The notes below the pieces were generated by a model. The model did not search any database. It saw nothing but the letters and a program-made list of their open reading frames with translations, and was not told where the DNA came from. A program made the position numbers and the translations under genes. A DNA stretch of 58,599 nucleotides, the filler included, from Asterionella formosa (lineage: Eukaryota): NCBI GenBank assembly GCA_002256025.1. It is 4 parts of 4 records of this genome, joined end to end, with 100 filler letters (N's around TTAATTAATTAA, not from the genome) between each part and the next. Parts side by side here need not be neighbours in the genome. Positions count along the whole stretch, not along the records: positions 1 to 14,588 come from NKIB01005906.1; positions 14,689 to 29,268 come from NKIB01005908.1; 2 more parts are not named here. The stretch is one strand, 5' to 3'. Position 1 is the first letter of the stretch; each line of letters begins with the position of its first letter. Shown here one piece after another: positions 12,236 through 25,144 of the stretch.

Positions 12236-12650
12236 ATTCCCGCTCCAGCTATCGTCTTGCCATTCGGGTCCTTGTTAAGTAATTTTTGGGCTTTAAGTAA
12301 TTTCATAAGTAATTTTTATTTAGGGGCAATATGGGGCACATGGAATTTTTCGGCAATAAAATTGCCGATTTTAGCAAGACAGCCAGAATAACAGTAATAT
12401 GCATAGGGATGATACAACAAGCGTAAAACACACGAGAATGATTGTAACATGCAACATCAATGAAAATTGAACATGATGTTTGGAGCAACCAAAGTATGAA
12501 ATGCGATGTAATAAGTAGCATCAAATTAGAAATAGAAAAAATTGTTTTGGGTTAGAAATGAAGTGAAAAATAGGAGTTTCAATGGAAACATATGCATTGT
12601 GACATTGTACTACTTACACAGGCAACATTGACTTTCCATTACCACACAAT
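12236..12650 (+). repeat. Left arm of a ~400-bp imperfect inverted repeat (partner 21290-21670); TIR-like
   Basis: ATTCCCGCTCCAGCTAYCGTCTTGCCAYTCGGGTCCTT, TAAGTAATTTTTATTTAGGGGCAATA and AAAATTGAACATGATGTTT are present in both arms, inverted. Confidence 0.85.
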
Positions 12651-13347
12651 CGAAGACCGAAAGAAGAAGAAAAAAAGCAGAAACCAATTTAGACCTGCAA
12701 CGTTATGTAGTGTAGATGATCTGGTTGCTGCAACCATTCACATCGCTGTAGCAGCCTAACACCAGTAGCAGTCTTTCCGCCACAATCATTCCTCCCACCC
12801 AACAACCCTGATCATTCCACTCCATTCTGAGCTAGCGTGATTGCCAGGCTACTCCAGCACTATCGACGCCCTCTAGCTGAGTATTTTTACGTAGCCTGTG
12901 ATACAAACTCGTAGTAGAAAGGTAGCAAAGCGCGTTAGTACAAGAAAAGCATTGCTTGGCGGGAATATTGACATCATTGTCAATGACTATACAAATCAAC
13001 AAATAAGATCAACAACGGCACAATACAACTTCAAAGAGTAGGCATTGATACATGCATCGGCCCTTTGAAGATATTTACAATCAAATCAAAACGACAGTGC
13101 GGAATGACAAAGAACGATAGAAGCGATCAAAACGGACCATGGAAGCAGCAATCAAATAGGAAACTCAACAATCGTATCTATGATCACATTCAGTATTTGA
13201 CTGGTGTACTCACCGGTCTGCTCTAACAAGCGTAACACGCAGCAGATGATGGGCACATAAGGAAGTCGAAAGTTCCTGTTGCAAGCCTGAATTGAGCAAC
13301 AACAGGAAGGATAGAGTGAGAATTATAATTGTGAGGACGAAATTGGG

Positions 13348-13623
13348 TGTTGAGATTGCGTCCCGAAGCACTCTATGCTTTCTTGTATCCTGTAAGGACA
13401 CGTCAGGGACCAAAAAGGCTGTAGATATGAACAACGATGTCTCCGTAATCGATTGTAATCATTCCTAAGAGTTTTAATAGAATTATGGGTTTTTACTGTT
13501 GACGTTGATTGTTTTCGAATTCTGAGTCTTCTCTGGTACCATATTCTTTCTTGATTCATTCGATTCAATATGTAGTAGGTAATTTATACCGGGATTTTCT
13601 TTCCTAAAATATTTTCTCCAACA
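13348..13623 (-). repeat. Putative 3' LTR (276 bp)
   Basis: Starts TGTTG right after the PPT and ends CAACA (inverted 5-bp termini). The far boundary is inferred because no second LTR is visible. Confidence 0.6.
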
Positions 13624-14588
13624 CACTCCTGCTGGACACGGATGCTCACTTTGAATTCATAATTTGCTGACGAAAATGAATAAATTTCGTTCCAACCAGT
13701 GGTTTCATCATGTAGTCTGCTAACATTGCATCCGTTGGACAGTACTACTTAATCTGTACTTCCTTTCTTTCAATAAGATCAGTAATATAAAAATATTTGA
13801 TGTTGAAATGTCGTGTGCGTTTTCCTGAACTTGCTTTTCCATTTGCTTCTAGCTTCATTGCGCTAGTGTTGTCACAGTAAATGACATTCGTAGTCACCTT
13901 GTGTCCTTGCGCTTCAATAAATAATTTCGTCCACAACACCTTTGATACAATGTCATCGACACCAACCAATTCAGCTTCAGTCAAGCTTCTAGTGTTCACT
14001 TTCTGTTTTGTGGACATAGAACAAATAATTCCGTTTCCAAGTGACAATGTGGCTCCAGTGTGACTTTTAAAATCTTTGTGTACTGCAGACGCCGCATCAA
14101 CGTACCATTTAATGCTCTGAGTGTCATCAGCACTCATAGATGCAACCTCATTCTGAGTTGCTTTCAAGAAATTTATGATCTTGACTAATTTTGCCCAATC
14201 GCCTTCATTTGGTTTTGTAGTTTGGGTTGCCAGAAATGCAATTCCTGGTTGAATGTCCTGTCTTCCTCACTTACATAGGAACATTCCTTTCATGCCATAT
14301 AATGCCTTGATCATCCTAACATATAGGACCTTGCTGTTTCCTTCATAAACAACATATTTTTCATAAGTCTCGGGGCTGAGTTCTGTCAACATATTGACAA
14401 GCAAACCTCTAATCTTCATCATGATTTGTTCCCCTTTTTCTTTCTCATCGATATCCACGTGCACAAATGCATTGGGTATATCTGCAGTCATAACATCGCG
14501 ATTTTGCTTTGCATCAATTGTTGCTGTTATCATAACAGATTCAGTCATGGTAGTTGGACTAGCTGCTTCATCTCTTTCCATGAATTCA
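13348..14588 (-). mobile_element. Decayed Ty1/copia (CoDi-like) LTR retrotransposon 3' end: RT fragment, RNase H, PPT, 3' LTR; 5' part lost in the gap
   Basis: ADIPNAF and IKALYGM (RT); WYVDA, DNTSA, KRTRHFNIKYFYI, YCPTDAMLADY (RNase H); in-frame stops at 14267 and 13745; CAGGAGTG polypurine tract directly before TGTTGG. Confidence 0.92.
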
Positions 14589-15257
14589 NNNNNNNNNNNN
14601 NNNNNNNNNNNNNNNNNNNNNNNNNNNNNNNNTTAATTAATTAANNNNNNNNNNNNNNNNNNNNNNNNNNNNNNNNNNNNNNNNNNNNCGTGCCTCACAT
14701 CCCTCCAATTCCGACTCTACAATTAACCGGTCTTGACATGTTGCTCTCTTGGACATGTATAGTAATGACTGTAGTTGAATTCGAAGACGCCATTGTTGTC
14801 CAAATGGTGTGTATTTTCACTCATGGTGGATTATTGCATTTTCGGTTATTAGTCATCAACAAATATTTGCCCTGCCAATGGTAGGTTATATGACACATAT
14901 ATGTTGTTCGTAGTATGTATAGCAGGGTATATATACATCGAGCGATTTAGACTGTACATATATAAATTTAGCGAATTTGAAAAGGAATCTATGTAAATAC
15001 AAGCAAATTTCCAATCATGATTTAAATATATTTAAATGGAAAATCATGTTATTCAACATTATTCCATAGAAATTCTTAGTTCGAGGGAATTTCGGCAACC
15101 CTAAGCAATATTTTGATTTTTGCCTAGAGGCTCAAATGCAGATATATACCCATATATCAAACAACAAAAAGCACACCAGTGATCATCATGAGGTAATTTA
15201 TATCAAATGTGCATGGCGAGGGCTGGTGCATGCACCAAAAACCGGTACCAGGAAACT

Positions 15258-15661
15258 GTAAGTTGCGGTCAGCTTGCCGAAACTGACAATGTGTTTAAAT
15301 AAATAGAAAATGTCATCAATTAACTTTTAATAAATTGTCTGTATGATCTAACTGTATTTTTCAAAACAGGGAAACGTCAGAGGGTGGCCCGAAGCAAAAG
15401 TAATCCAGTCTTGCATACTTTGCTTTATTCTCACCAATCTCAAAATCATTCTCCTTTTCCGGCCGAAGTGATGAAAACAACCTACTGGTATCATAATTAA
15501 TGGTTTAAAAGTTGTTGGGATCGGAAATTATTTTTAACTGCTACCAGCATCATCATACCAATGAGCCAACATAATTATTATAATCAATGTATGTACAGTA
15601 CATATGCATGTTTGTACTGGTATACCGGTACTATGATGACTGTCGACCAATGAAGATGAAG
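15258..15661 (-). mobile_element. Truncated inverted copy of the right ~480 bp of the element at 140-1525
   Basis: Begins GTAAGTTGCGGTC; contains AAATAGAAAATGTCATCAATT, TTCAAAACAGGGAAAC and GAAGCAAAAGTAA, colinear with the reverse complement of 1050-1525. Confidence 0.75.
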
Positions 15662-16512
15662 CGAGCAGAGAGTTCAATGAAGGATTCTCCCCACGAATTT
15701 GCTAAGATTTATACTCCAAGTACATATCTTACTCCGGAGTAGTTGTACCACATGTACAATAGACAACTGGTACCAGGTTCTGTTACCGTATGGTATTTGG
15801 TACCTGCTGGTACCGGTTGTAGCCTATCACACCATGTCGACTGTCAACATTCCGGTAACTCCTTCTACCCGGTAATCATCAGGAGTACCGATAGTACTAC
15901 CCCTTAGGTCTTCCAGTAACTACGTATACCGGTAGTTGGTACAGATATCCAATTGAAAATGAGTCGTGTGGAGGTAACAAGGAAATATTTTTTATTAGCC
16001 AAAATGTGTGCATATCCGTGGTCGAATGATCACTTTTATGCTGATTAAACCTCTATACTGTATAATGTTAGCACCAGTATTTATTTATGATACCCTGGTA
16101 CATGTACATCAAGCATTCCGGTCAACCAAGCTTGGCACGCGTAATGCGGCACGTCATAGGTGCTCGCCAGGTGATCTCATCTTCTTCAAGCTACACATAT
16201 TTTTATTCATATATGAAGATAAACATACTATATAATTTTGTTATTATATCAATATTGGTATATGTGTATATTGTTCTCCAAAGTCATTCGGGGGGATACA
16301 GTTGTTCGCGTTACCATTATAGCATCACGTTCGCGGCGCACACAGGACCTTTTCCGTTATACTACCGGTACTTATTTTTGCGATCGCAGCGAGTGTTTAC
16401 ACTTATTTCCCTTTATAAAATTCATATTCTCAGCGCATTCTCGTTTATCAATAGAACAGCTCGCTTACTGTTCCATTTTACCCCCTCACTGAAAAACAAA
16501 CAACTCTAAATC

Positions 16513-17221
16513 ATGGCCTTCGTCAGTTTAATTGTTACAGCCTTTGCAGGCACTTTTCAAGGTAGTAATGTTGACGGTCTTCTTGCCTTGGCTGGGATTA
16601 CGCCAGCGTCCGCCGGACGGCCACACAATCGAAAGGTCGAGACACGCGAGGACGACGCCCACAATGGAGAATCAAATCCTGTGTGGAACATTTTGTCCTC
16701 CTGTTCCTGCAATCGAAAATCTACCACAGAGCCAGCGACAGTCAACTTGTATCGAAGTGGTCCACTTTCAACAGGTGACTCGGCGTTGGACGGTAGCTTC
16801 TTGTCCATTGAGGAATACCCACATTATTCTCAGACGAGCAAACACCGCCAAAAGCACGTTCAATAATATAACTACGCCGTGTCAAATGCCTGCCTGCCTT
16901 GAAAAATACTCAGAAAATAGGAATCAACGCGAACTGATCTGCTTGAAAGGAAAGGATGAAACATGATCACTCTTCAGTATCAACAATTTATGGATTGCAA
17001 CTTTGGTTGCACGTGCTATCATGGCACTTAACAGTTCTCTTTCATGTTATCGAAGTGGTACAGGAAACGCCACCGAAAACCGTGTCGTTCAAAAGGCTGC
17101 ACTCACGATGTTACTGACTAATCCCGGTAAGCTACCGTGGTATTCAATGGACGAATACAAGCAGATCAGTCGTCTCATCGTCAATATAGCCAAATCATTG
17201 TTGCAGAATAAACGAAAGTGA
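16513..17221 (+). pseudogene. Possible disrupted coding sequence of unknown origin
   Basis: ATG after an A/C-rich leader, gene-like GC and CpG content, but broken into short ORFs (16513-16866, 17003-17221). No family recognised. Confidence 0.25.
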
Positions 17222-17841
17222 AATTCTACATATTTAATACCGTTNNNNNNNNNNNNNNNNNNNNNNNNNNNNNNNNNNNNNNNNNNNNNNNNNNNNNNNN
17301 NNNNNNNNNNNNNNNNNNNNNNNNNNNNNNNNNNNNNNNNNNNNNNNNNNNNNNNNNNNNNNNNNNNNNNNNNNNNNNNNNNNNNNNNNNNNNNNNNNNN
17401 NNNNNNNNNNNNNNNNNNNNNNNNNNNNNNNNNNNNNNNNNNNNNNNNNNNNNNNNNNNNNNNNNNNNNNNNNNNNNNNNNNNNNNNNNNNNNNNNNNNN
17501 NNNNNNNNNNNNNNNNNNNNNNNNNNNNNNNNNNNNNNNNNNNNNNNNNNNNNNNNNNNNNNNNNNNNNNNNNNNNNNNNNNNNNNNNNNNNNNNNNNNN
17601 NNNNNNNNNNNNNNNNNNNNNNNNNNNNNNNNNNNNNNNNNNNNNNNNNNNNNNNNNNNNNNNNNNNNNNNNNNNNNNNNNNNNNNNNNNNNNNNNNNNN
17701 NNNNNNNNNNNNNNNNNNNNNNNNNNNNNNNNNNNNNNNNNNNNNNNNNNNNNNNNNNNNNNNNNNNNNNNNNNNNNNNNNNNNNNNNNNNNNNNNNNNN
17801 NNNNNNNNNNNNNNNNNNNNNNNNNNNNNNNNNNNNNNNNN

Positions 17842-18492
17842 NGTGCTGTTTTCAAGCTGCAAAACCCTTGCTGGTTCGGGCAGTAATTGATCACCGCAGA
17901 TACGGCATGCACCCTGTGATACAATGGGATTGGAACATCCACAGTAAACCCCTCCTGTAGCCTGCATAGCGGTGCAAAATTTGGTCTGATTTCCATACTC
18001 GGTCAAGACTCCCACCAATGGATTATATGCACCACTAACTCCCTGAGTGAGGAAACCGTATGCAAGTTGGTGGCAAGTAAAACTAGGGAAAACTTCCAAG
18101 GATGGATCCGGTGGGAAGCTCCCGTCCTCGCAGAGGGGGCACGAGGTTTTTTCGGGGAATGGTGGCAAGGTGTCTGCGCAACCGCATTTTTGGACGGCCG
18201 TATAACGCATAACGGGGCAGATGTAATCACTATTAATCTGGATACTCAATAAATCTTCGACAAAACCTACCCATGCGCCATTCGTGTCAACGTCGCCACA
18301 TGTGTACTGTGCACCAAAATCGGCTTCAATGAAGACTGCATTCGGATTAGGAACCGGACTTCCATCGGGACAGAGAGGAGCACAGCTCAATCCGTGGGCG
18401 GTATTGGATAAGATAAACAAGCACAATATGGCTATGAAGGCAAGCATCGTCAGACTTGGGGAAGAAAAGTGTCGAGAAGTGTTGGCCTTCAT
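17842..18492 (-). CDS. Secreted cysteine-rich repeat protein (partial; 3' end in gap)
   Basis: Signal peptide (MLAFIAILCLFILSNTAHG-); repeated units C(x)xLCxDGSxxPxP...TC...C...CGC at ~75-80-aa spacing. Confidence 0.8.
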
Positions 18493-21289
18493 TTACATAT
18501 TTTCAGGTTCGGTTCTTAAAACTTGCTTGACAATTTGACGCTTGGCTTCGCAACATACTGAAGGATGGGGAGTTCAGGTCTACGGTATGACACATGATGA
18601 GCCATAATGCGAACAGACAATAAGGGCAAGGAGAGGAAGTTGAGGAAAGTAATAGACATCGGTATACCGGAGTACCGAAGTACCGGAGCGCCTTGTTGAA
18701 TGGCTGTGGATTATGTAGACGGAATAGAATTAATTAATTTTTTTTCTTAAAATGGTAGCAGTATTCCCGAAAACCTGTAAACATACCATATCAAGACCCT
18801 TTCGTTTTCACGTGCAACCTTTTGCTTGCTGTGATTCAAACGTTTGTTGACAAAAAGGGCAATAGAAAATTATTGTGAAAAGAATTCTAATGAGTCTTGT
18901 GTTTTAATAGCTAAATAAATATTGTTTAATGATGCCGATTTGCTTCGCATCTCAATCAAGTCTGGAATTCTGCCAAGATTCGTCAGATTTAAAGGTCGAA
19001 AATCGCAAGAAATCGCGGTGATTTCATAAGTTCGGAGATTCACCACTCAAATATTCTTATGTAGAAACCTTCATAGACTTTGTTCTTCCTCTGATGACAA
19101 GATGGTAACGCTAGAACATGTGCATAGAGAACAATGTTTATCCAATTGGTGCACATCACTTGAATCATCATTGTTGTCTTCCTTGTCACCCTTGCTATCT
19201 CGATTGTCTTGATTGATGTCTCACAACATCACTCTGGTTGATTGTTGGGTTTAGCTAGGTCACCACTTGGAGGTGAAGGAATTGTAACTGAAGTCTCTCA
19301 TGTTGCAAACAAGCATTGAGAACAAAAACTAAAAGTAAGCAATGACCAGCAGACTAAATATTGTCGCACATCTTTGTCCACCAGAATCTCAACCAGTAGT
19401 CCATTTTCATATTTACACTTTCTTTTGGAAGCAGCGATAACAATGATACAAGGAACGGGTTGATTTGCAAAAAACTGGTGAGATGAAATGTAGAAAAAGA
19501 TTTGTCAAGGCAGACATTGGCAACCAGAAAAGGAACCAATCAAATACATGATGTGCCATATAAAGAGTGTCTTTGAACTATAATTATTTTGAGCTGTAGT
19601 ATATATATTTATAAATTTACATTTTTTTATAGATGTATTCATGTATGGCTGATACATTTGAAATCATGAACATACATGTTACTTTTCATGCATATACTTC
19701 CTGAAACAAAGGAGCACAACACATGATAAGCAAGGAAAGTTGAAGTGACGATACAGCACAATGATACACCTTGTGGCTAAGAAGGATTGAATGTGGGGGA
19801 ACAAGTAAATGGAATATAGCTATATGGTACATCAAGGGCAAATGCAAGGATGATCAAATGTTGGGATGAAAAATACTGAATGATTTTTCCCTTTTCAAGT
19901 GATTCAATAGCAAACCCAACAATTTGGACAAAAGAAATTGGTAAGCGATTGCTCTCTTTGGGTCAATTCACAACTGTTAGAACATACCCGACATGTTTGT
20001 TGTTTCTCCAGGATAGTTATGGTAAACAAACAGCATTTATAAGTTTCAAACACCAGCATTGGAACTATTCATTGATCGATACTTATGCAATGATCAACTG
20101 ACACAGTAATTTACAGAGATATGCATCAGTTTTTTCAATTTATGATAAGTAAAAATAGAAGTTAAGTACATGTTGCTGTGCAAGCACAACATGATTAACA
20201 ATGAATTGCTTACTTGCTTAATTTCTTCTGTTTACATTTGGGTGCTTTGACAACATCAAAACAGAAGTGTGTCTCCACTTTCCTAAGGTACAAAGGGGAT
20301 TAAATGAGCCAAGGCCTTTCCCTCACTTGCCACAGCACAGTCTCTTCCTCCTTCCATCTTCATCATGACCCTTTCAACACCATCAGCCATATTCACCAAA
20401 TACAGGCACATTCCTTGCCATACTGANNNNNNNNNNNNNNNNNNNNNNNNNNNNNNNNNNNNNNNNNNNNNNNNNNNNNNNNNNNNNNNNNNNNNNNNNN
20501 NNNNNNNNNNNNNNNNNNNNNNNNNNNNNNNNNNNNNNNNNNNNNNNNNNNNNNNNNNNNNNNNNNNNNNNNNNNAGATTCACTCCAAGGTTTCAACAAT
20601 CAACCGGTGTCTCTAGTAGCACATAACATCACCACTGGCAACACAGGATTCAATCCGATACACATCCACAAAAAGACGTGAAAAACACAGCTTTCCCCGC
20701 CTACATCATATCCAAGACAATACCTTAACCACACAGTTAGCTAGCTATCGCACTACTAGTCAACACTAATCATCATAGTAAAATATGGTTTCCACAATTC
20801 AGACACTACAAACACCCTCACCTATGACCAAGTTCTCATCATCCATAAGAAGACAGCTAGTGGCATCACCTTAACCGCAAAAATAAAACGCACTACTTAA
20901 TGTAGATGCACTTCGACAAGCCCTTGATACCATATGTCCTCCACCACAGGCGTAGTAACCAGAAATGGATTTCCTACATTTCCTATGGTTATTCCTAGAC
21001 ATCAGATTTATTAGAAATAAGCAAGTTTAATACTCCGTTTCCATGTAAACCTGATATCACGGCATAACCACAAGGCAATCCAGCAAGGACAACACCACCC
21101 GGCGCTTTGTACCCCATACTACCACCAAATAAAATACCAGTGTTCAGGGGAGACTGATACATGTATTCTACCATCAGGCAGAAGCTATTTACAAGGTTCC
21201 AATGATCAGATCAGTTGCTCTAAAGTACAATACAGAAGATCTCAACTGGGTTCAGGGTTTCTATTTCATTGCTGTGTTATTTTGTCCTT

Positions 21290-21670
21290 TGACTGTGTTA
21301 TGGAAAGAAGGCAATGCTGCCTGTTGTGTAAGTACCACTGGCGCATTCCTGACCCAAAGCAATTTTTCCTTTCTCACATGATGCTACTTATTACATTTCA
21401 TATCATACTTTGTTTGTTCTAAACATCATGTTCAATTTTTGTTGATATTGTATGTTGCAATGATTCTTGTGTGTTGAACACGGGGTACTTGTTTTACCAA
21501 CACCAATGCAAAATATGTATTTCTACATACCGGTTTATTACCCACTTCAATCCCGAAAAATTCGCTGTGCCCTTTATTGCCCCTAAATAAAAATTACTTA
21601 AGAATTTACTTAAGAGCACAAAACTTTCTTAAAAGGACCCGAGTGGCAAGACGGTAGCTGGAGCGGGAAT
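21290..21670 (-). repeat. Right arm of the ~400-bp inverted repeat (partner 12236-12650)
   Basis: Reverse complement aligns with the left arm, ending ...GTAGCTGGAGCGGGAAT. Confidence 0.85.
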
Positions 21671-22932
21671 GATTGCTATTCAAATTTTTTGAATATATTT
21701 ATGTACTGTGAATACAGGAAATGTTAGAGGAGTTTAAATAATGCACGGGTCGAAAAGGTACCTGTTACTATATGAAAAGTAGCAAGTTTGATTTTCTTAA
21801 AAAATTATTCTGGTTCATAAATTCCTCGGGTTGCTTTGCTCGGCAGCCTTGCGAAATATTTGCCGATACACATATACCAGCACGTACATAAACTGGTATG
21901 ATATGAGAAACACAATGCCGGTAGCTAACTGTAATTTACTGAGTCCAGTAAAAATACTCTGCGATGCATTGGATTATAGCTATCATAGCTGCATGCTTTG
22001 CTTTTACCATACAGCATTCAGAACATCTCGCGCGCATCACATTTCTCTACATATTCCGGTACTTGCTTTGCTCTAGAAATTTGGTGACGCGACGGCATGG
22101 ATCACGCTGACAAGGCCAAGCATATTTTAGATTCAAGACTCGCCTGCTACATAGATAAAAGTGACCAAAGCTGCAGTACCGGTATACACATTCTAAGCAT
22201 ATGTACTATGCATACAAATCCACATCAGCATTAAATATCAAAATAGGCGTGCATTTCCTCGTTGTGGACAAAATAAAGGTATGATACCTGGAATCAGTCC
22301 ATCGACAGCGAAGATGGGGAAACCGGACTGCAGCAGAGATATCGAAAGTCAGGGCAACGGAGGGCTCAGCACTATCTTCAATCACGGAGAACTTACACCC
22401 AACAGTGTTTGGGAATTGTTGACTTCCTGTACCGGTTGCACGAAGCTGACCAGTTCCGATTCTGGATTGTACCACAGTGGCCCTCTATCAGCACCTGATA
22501 TCTCATTGACAGAGAGCAATACATCATCCTCTATCACAGAATGCGTTTCCAAGGCATCATCATCAGGCAAGAATTGACTACAGTTCGTGGAAAGCAACGA
22601 GTTCATGTTCTTGATGAATTTGTACCACTTTGCAGCAGAAGGAACATGAAATGAATCGGTAGCACTCCTACGCCGTTTACTGTGCTAAACTTTCGTGTCA
22701 CTCTCTCCATTTATATTTGTAAATTAAGCTCATTAAATAAATGTGGATCCAAGCTACTTTTTACTATATACACCATACGCATGTCAGCCTTAATGAAACT
22801 GAAACAGTACATATGAACTTCCTCGTCATCGCAGACCTATCGTGTTTCATGAATGATTTTTGATGAATGCGCTAGAGAATACAGTTGAAGAGACAAGACT
22901 TAATATTGTGATCCAATCCAGAATAACCGCAG

Positions 22933-24156
22933 TCACAGTAATTTCAGAAGATCCGATCGACCAGTTCGGAAGCAACACATTCCAACAACGAGCAAAGTAA
23001 ACCAGAAAGACCACTCCACCGGGCCTCTCGGTCGAACAAATAGGGCGAGAACCCGAAGGAGATTGTACACCTTTTCACCGATGGTTCCATGCGTTAATCC
23101 ATTAACAATTCTTGGCATGGATCGCCTTACCGAATTTGTTTGGACGACTCGTTTCATAAACAATCCCGCAATGAACAATGCAGATTCCGGGGCACCATAG
23201 AGTTCATGAGTGCTCTTGACGGAAGTATATCTCATCTGTTCCATTTTGGATAGAGCGGAGGGTGTCTTTTGGAATGTTTGGTACCCCTCGTCGGATACAA
23301 TTTGAATAGGTAAAAAGCCGGCCCCGTCTTGTTTCAATGTCACCAGATCTGTTGGAAAGCAACATGCCGCCAGAATATCCACCATTCTACACCAACCTAA
23401 ACCAAAGTTTCGTTCCGCTTCTGTAAGAAGGGAAAGCATTTCGGGCATGATTGGATTTATCGTGTTTTGTGTATCAAGCCCAAGAACGCATTCAATCACG
23501 GAGGTATGAGCTTCCCACACGGCTTGGTGGAATTGAAAGCTGTGTTGGCGAAAGGTTTCATCCGAAACGTTGTCATGAATGGAGTCCTTGAATTCGATAT
23601 AACCATTATTGAAGAGATGCTCCCATGCTCCAACGCATTGTTGAACACATTTGTCATTTTCCAACAGGCTTGTGCTTACGATATCGAATTCAATGTTCAT
23701 CGTTGTAATCCCAGCTCGTTGAGCACCAACAAAAATACAAACGGAGAAGCAAAAGTTCATATAACCCCACCAGCTATCCTTCGAGATTCGATCCTTCTCT
23801 GTCATTTGTGACGCTCCAATGAGGAGTCTACCCGATCTGTGTTGCCAATCCATTTGGCAAGCATAGCCCCATAGCCAATGCCATTCTCGAAAATGACACG
23901 TTGTATCTCGACGTTCCCACAAATGAGCTGGATCTAGTCCAAAAATCAAGTGCTTGACCACAGCCATGCGCCCTAAGAAGGAGTAACCATCTATGGCAGT
24001 CCCATTTGTATCCGCCAAGTCTTGGACATTTGACCAGTATTCGTCAAAACAGGTATCGTTCAGATTGAATGTCGAACACTTTGCGCCTTGGCCAGTTTGC
24101 CATGCATCAAAGTTGAAAGGGATTTCTTTGCGGGATACTACAATGTTGCTTCTCAT
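22933..24156 (-). CDS. LEG1-family (DUF781) protein with C-terminal hydrophobic segment
   Basis: LWGYACQMDWQHRSGRL, ISKDSWWGYMNF, WEAH, ERNFGLGWCRMVDILAACCFPT and FLP match recalled LEG1 blocks (LWGxxxQxxWQxxxGRL, SWWxxMNY, WxAH, ExxFxxxWxxxVDxLAAxxFPT). Intronless ORF. Confidence 0.8.
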   Translation of the reverse strand: MRSNIVVSRKEIPFNFDAWQTGQGAKCSTFNLNDTCFDEYWSNVQDLADTNGTAIDGYSFLGRMAVVKHLIFGLDPAHLWERRDTTCHFREWHWLWGYACQMDWQHRSGRLLIGASQMTEKDRISKDSWWGYMNFCFSVCIFVGAQRAGITTMNIEFDIVSTSLLENDKCVQQCVGAWEHLFNNGYIEFKDSIHDNVSDETFRQHSFQFHQAVWEAHTSVIECVLGLDTQNTINPIMPEMLSLLTEAERNFGLGWCRMVDILAACCFPTDLVTLKQDGAGFLPIQIVSDEGYQTFQKTPSALSKMEQMRYTSVKSTHELYGAPESALFIAGLFMKRVVQTNSVRRSMPRIVNGLTHGTIGEKVYNLLRVLALFVRPRGPVEWSFWFTLLVVGMCCFRTGRSDLLKLL

Positions 24157-25144
24157 CAGAAGATTCACAATTGTTAGTTTACCGGTAGGTATGTTCTTAT
24201 TTATATATTTATTTCGTTGTTAAATATAAAATGTAAATCCCATTTGTCATACATTTCATTGTGTGGGATTCCTTGCTCTTCTTGACTTCCTTATTTCTTT
24301 ACTCCGTACCTGGGACAGGTTTCGGTATTCCACCAGGTACCTGGTACCAGGTACCCTCGTCGTTCTACCAGTACCGGCACCAGTACCAGGTAGTATTCAA
24401 TTCGCCAAACAAATCAATCATAAAACAGTACCGGTATGGATGTAACGCTGGTATGTATTCAGCATCATGTGAACATGAAGGACAGTGCGTACATACAGAA
24501 TACACGGATAATAAGTAGTATCTTGTAGTATTTTGGGACATTCTACATACATATGAATGTACTGGATCCAATATTTTGGAAGAAGTACTGATTACCGGGT
24601 ATGAGAGTGGACCGACCAGGCATTATGTACTACCACGGATAGACCACCTGAAAAATATGAAGAGCTATAAAATCATCATACAGCAGTTCGAAATTTTAAA
24701 AGGAACAATCTTACCAGTACCAGATACCGTCTGCTGGCTTCGCTGGGCGGTTCTTGCCTAAGGATCAAGTAACTGTCATAGCAACAGCCACTGAGCGAGC
24801 ACAACTACAAGGCCAGCGTGAAGTAAACAGCCAGGGAGAACATAAATAGGTGATTTAGCACACGCAGGCCCTGTCCAGCGCATTACTACTTTCTATTTAC
24901 AATCAAATATATGTGATGCATATTGTCTCTCCCAATCATTATCACACATCCCAATAAAATGCAACTCACTAAAATCGACGAACATCACAACTCGTCTAAA
25001 ATGTCATTTGACTCGTTCACCATTAAAAGTCCAACAAAGGTTCACAAACGGCTCTTTCTAGTGCTATCCTTTTCTTTGCGCCCACAAACTGGGCACAAGC
25101 AATACATAAATATATATCCCAGAGTTCCTAAGCACTCACACGCC

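Noticed and set aside
14633..14644. TTAATTAATTAA inside N-runs (also 29313-29324 and 43986-43997)
   Set aside because: An identical all-frame stop linker centred in gaps is a scaffolding artefact.
17089..17996. Long ORFs spanning the N gap (467, 222 and 256 aa; similar at 20365-20616)
   Set aside because: Their length comes from Ns. Only 17842-18492 is supported.
22206..22680. Short minus-strand ORFs downstream of the LEG1-like gene
   Set aside because: Gene-like composition, but no coherent exon model or recognisable motif.
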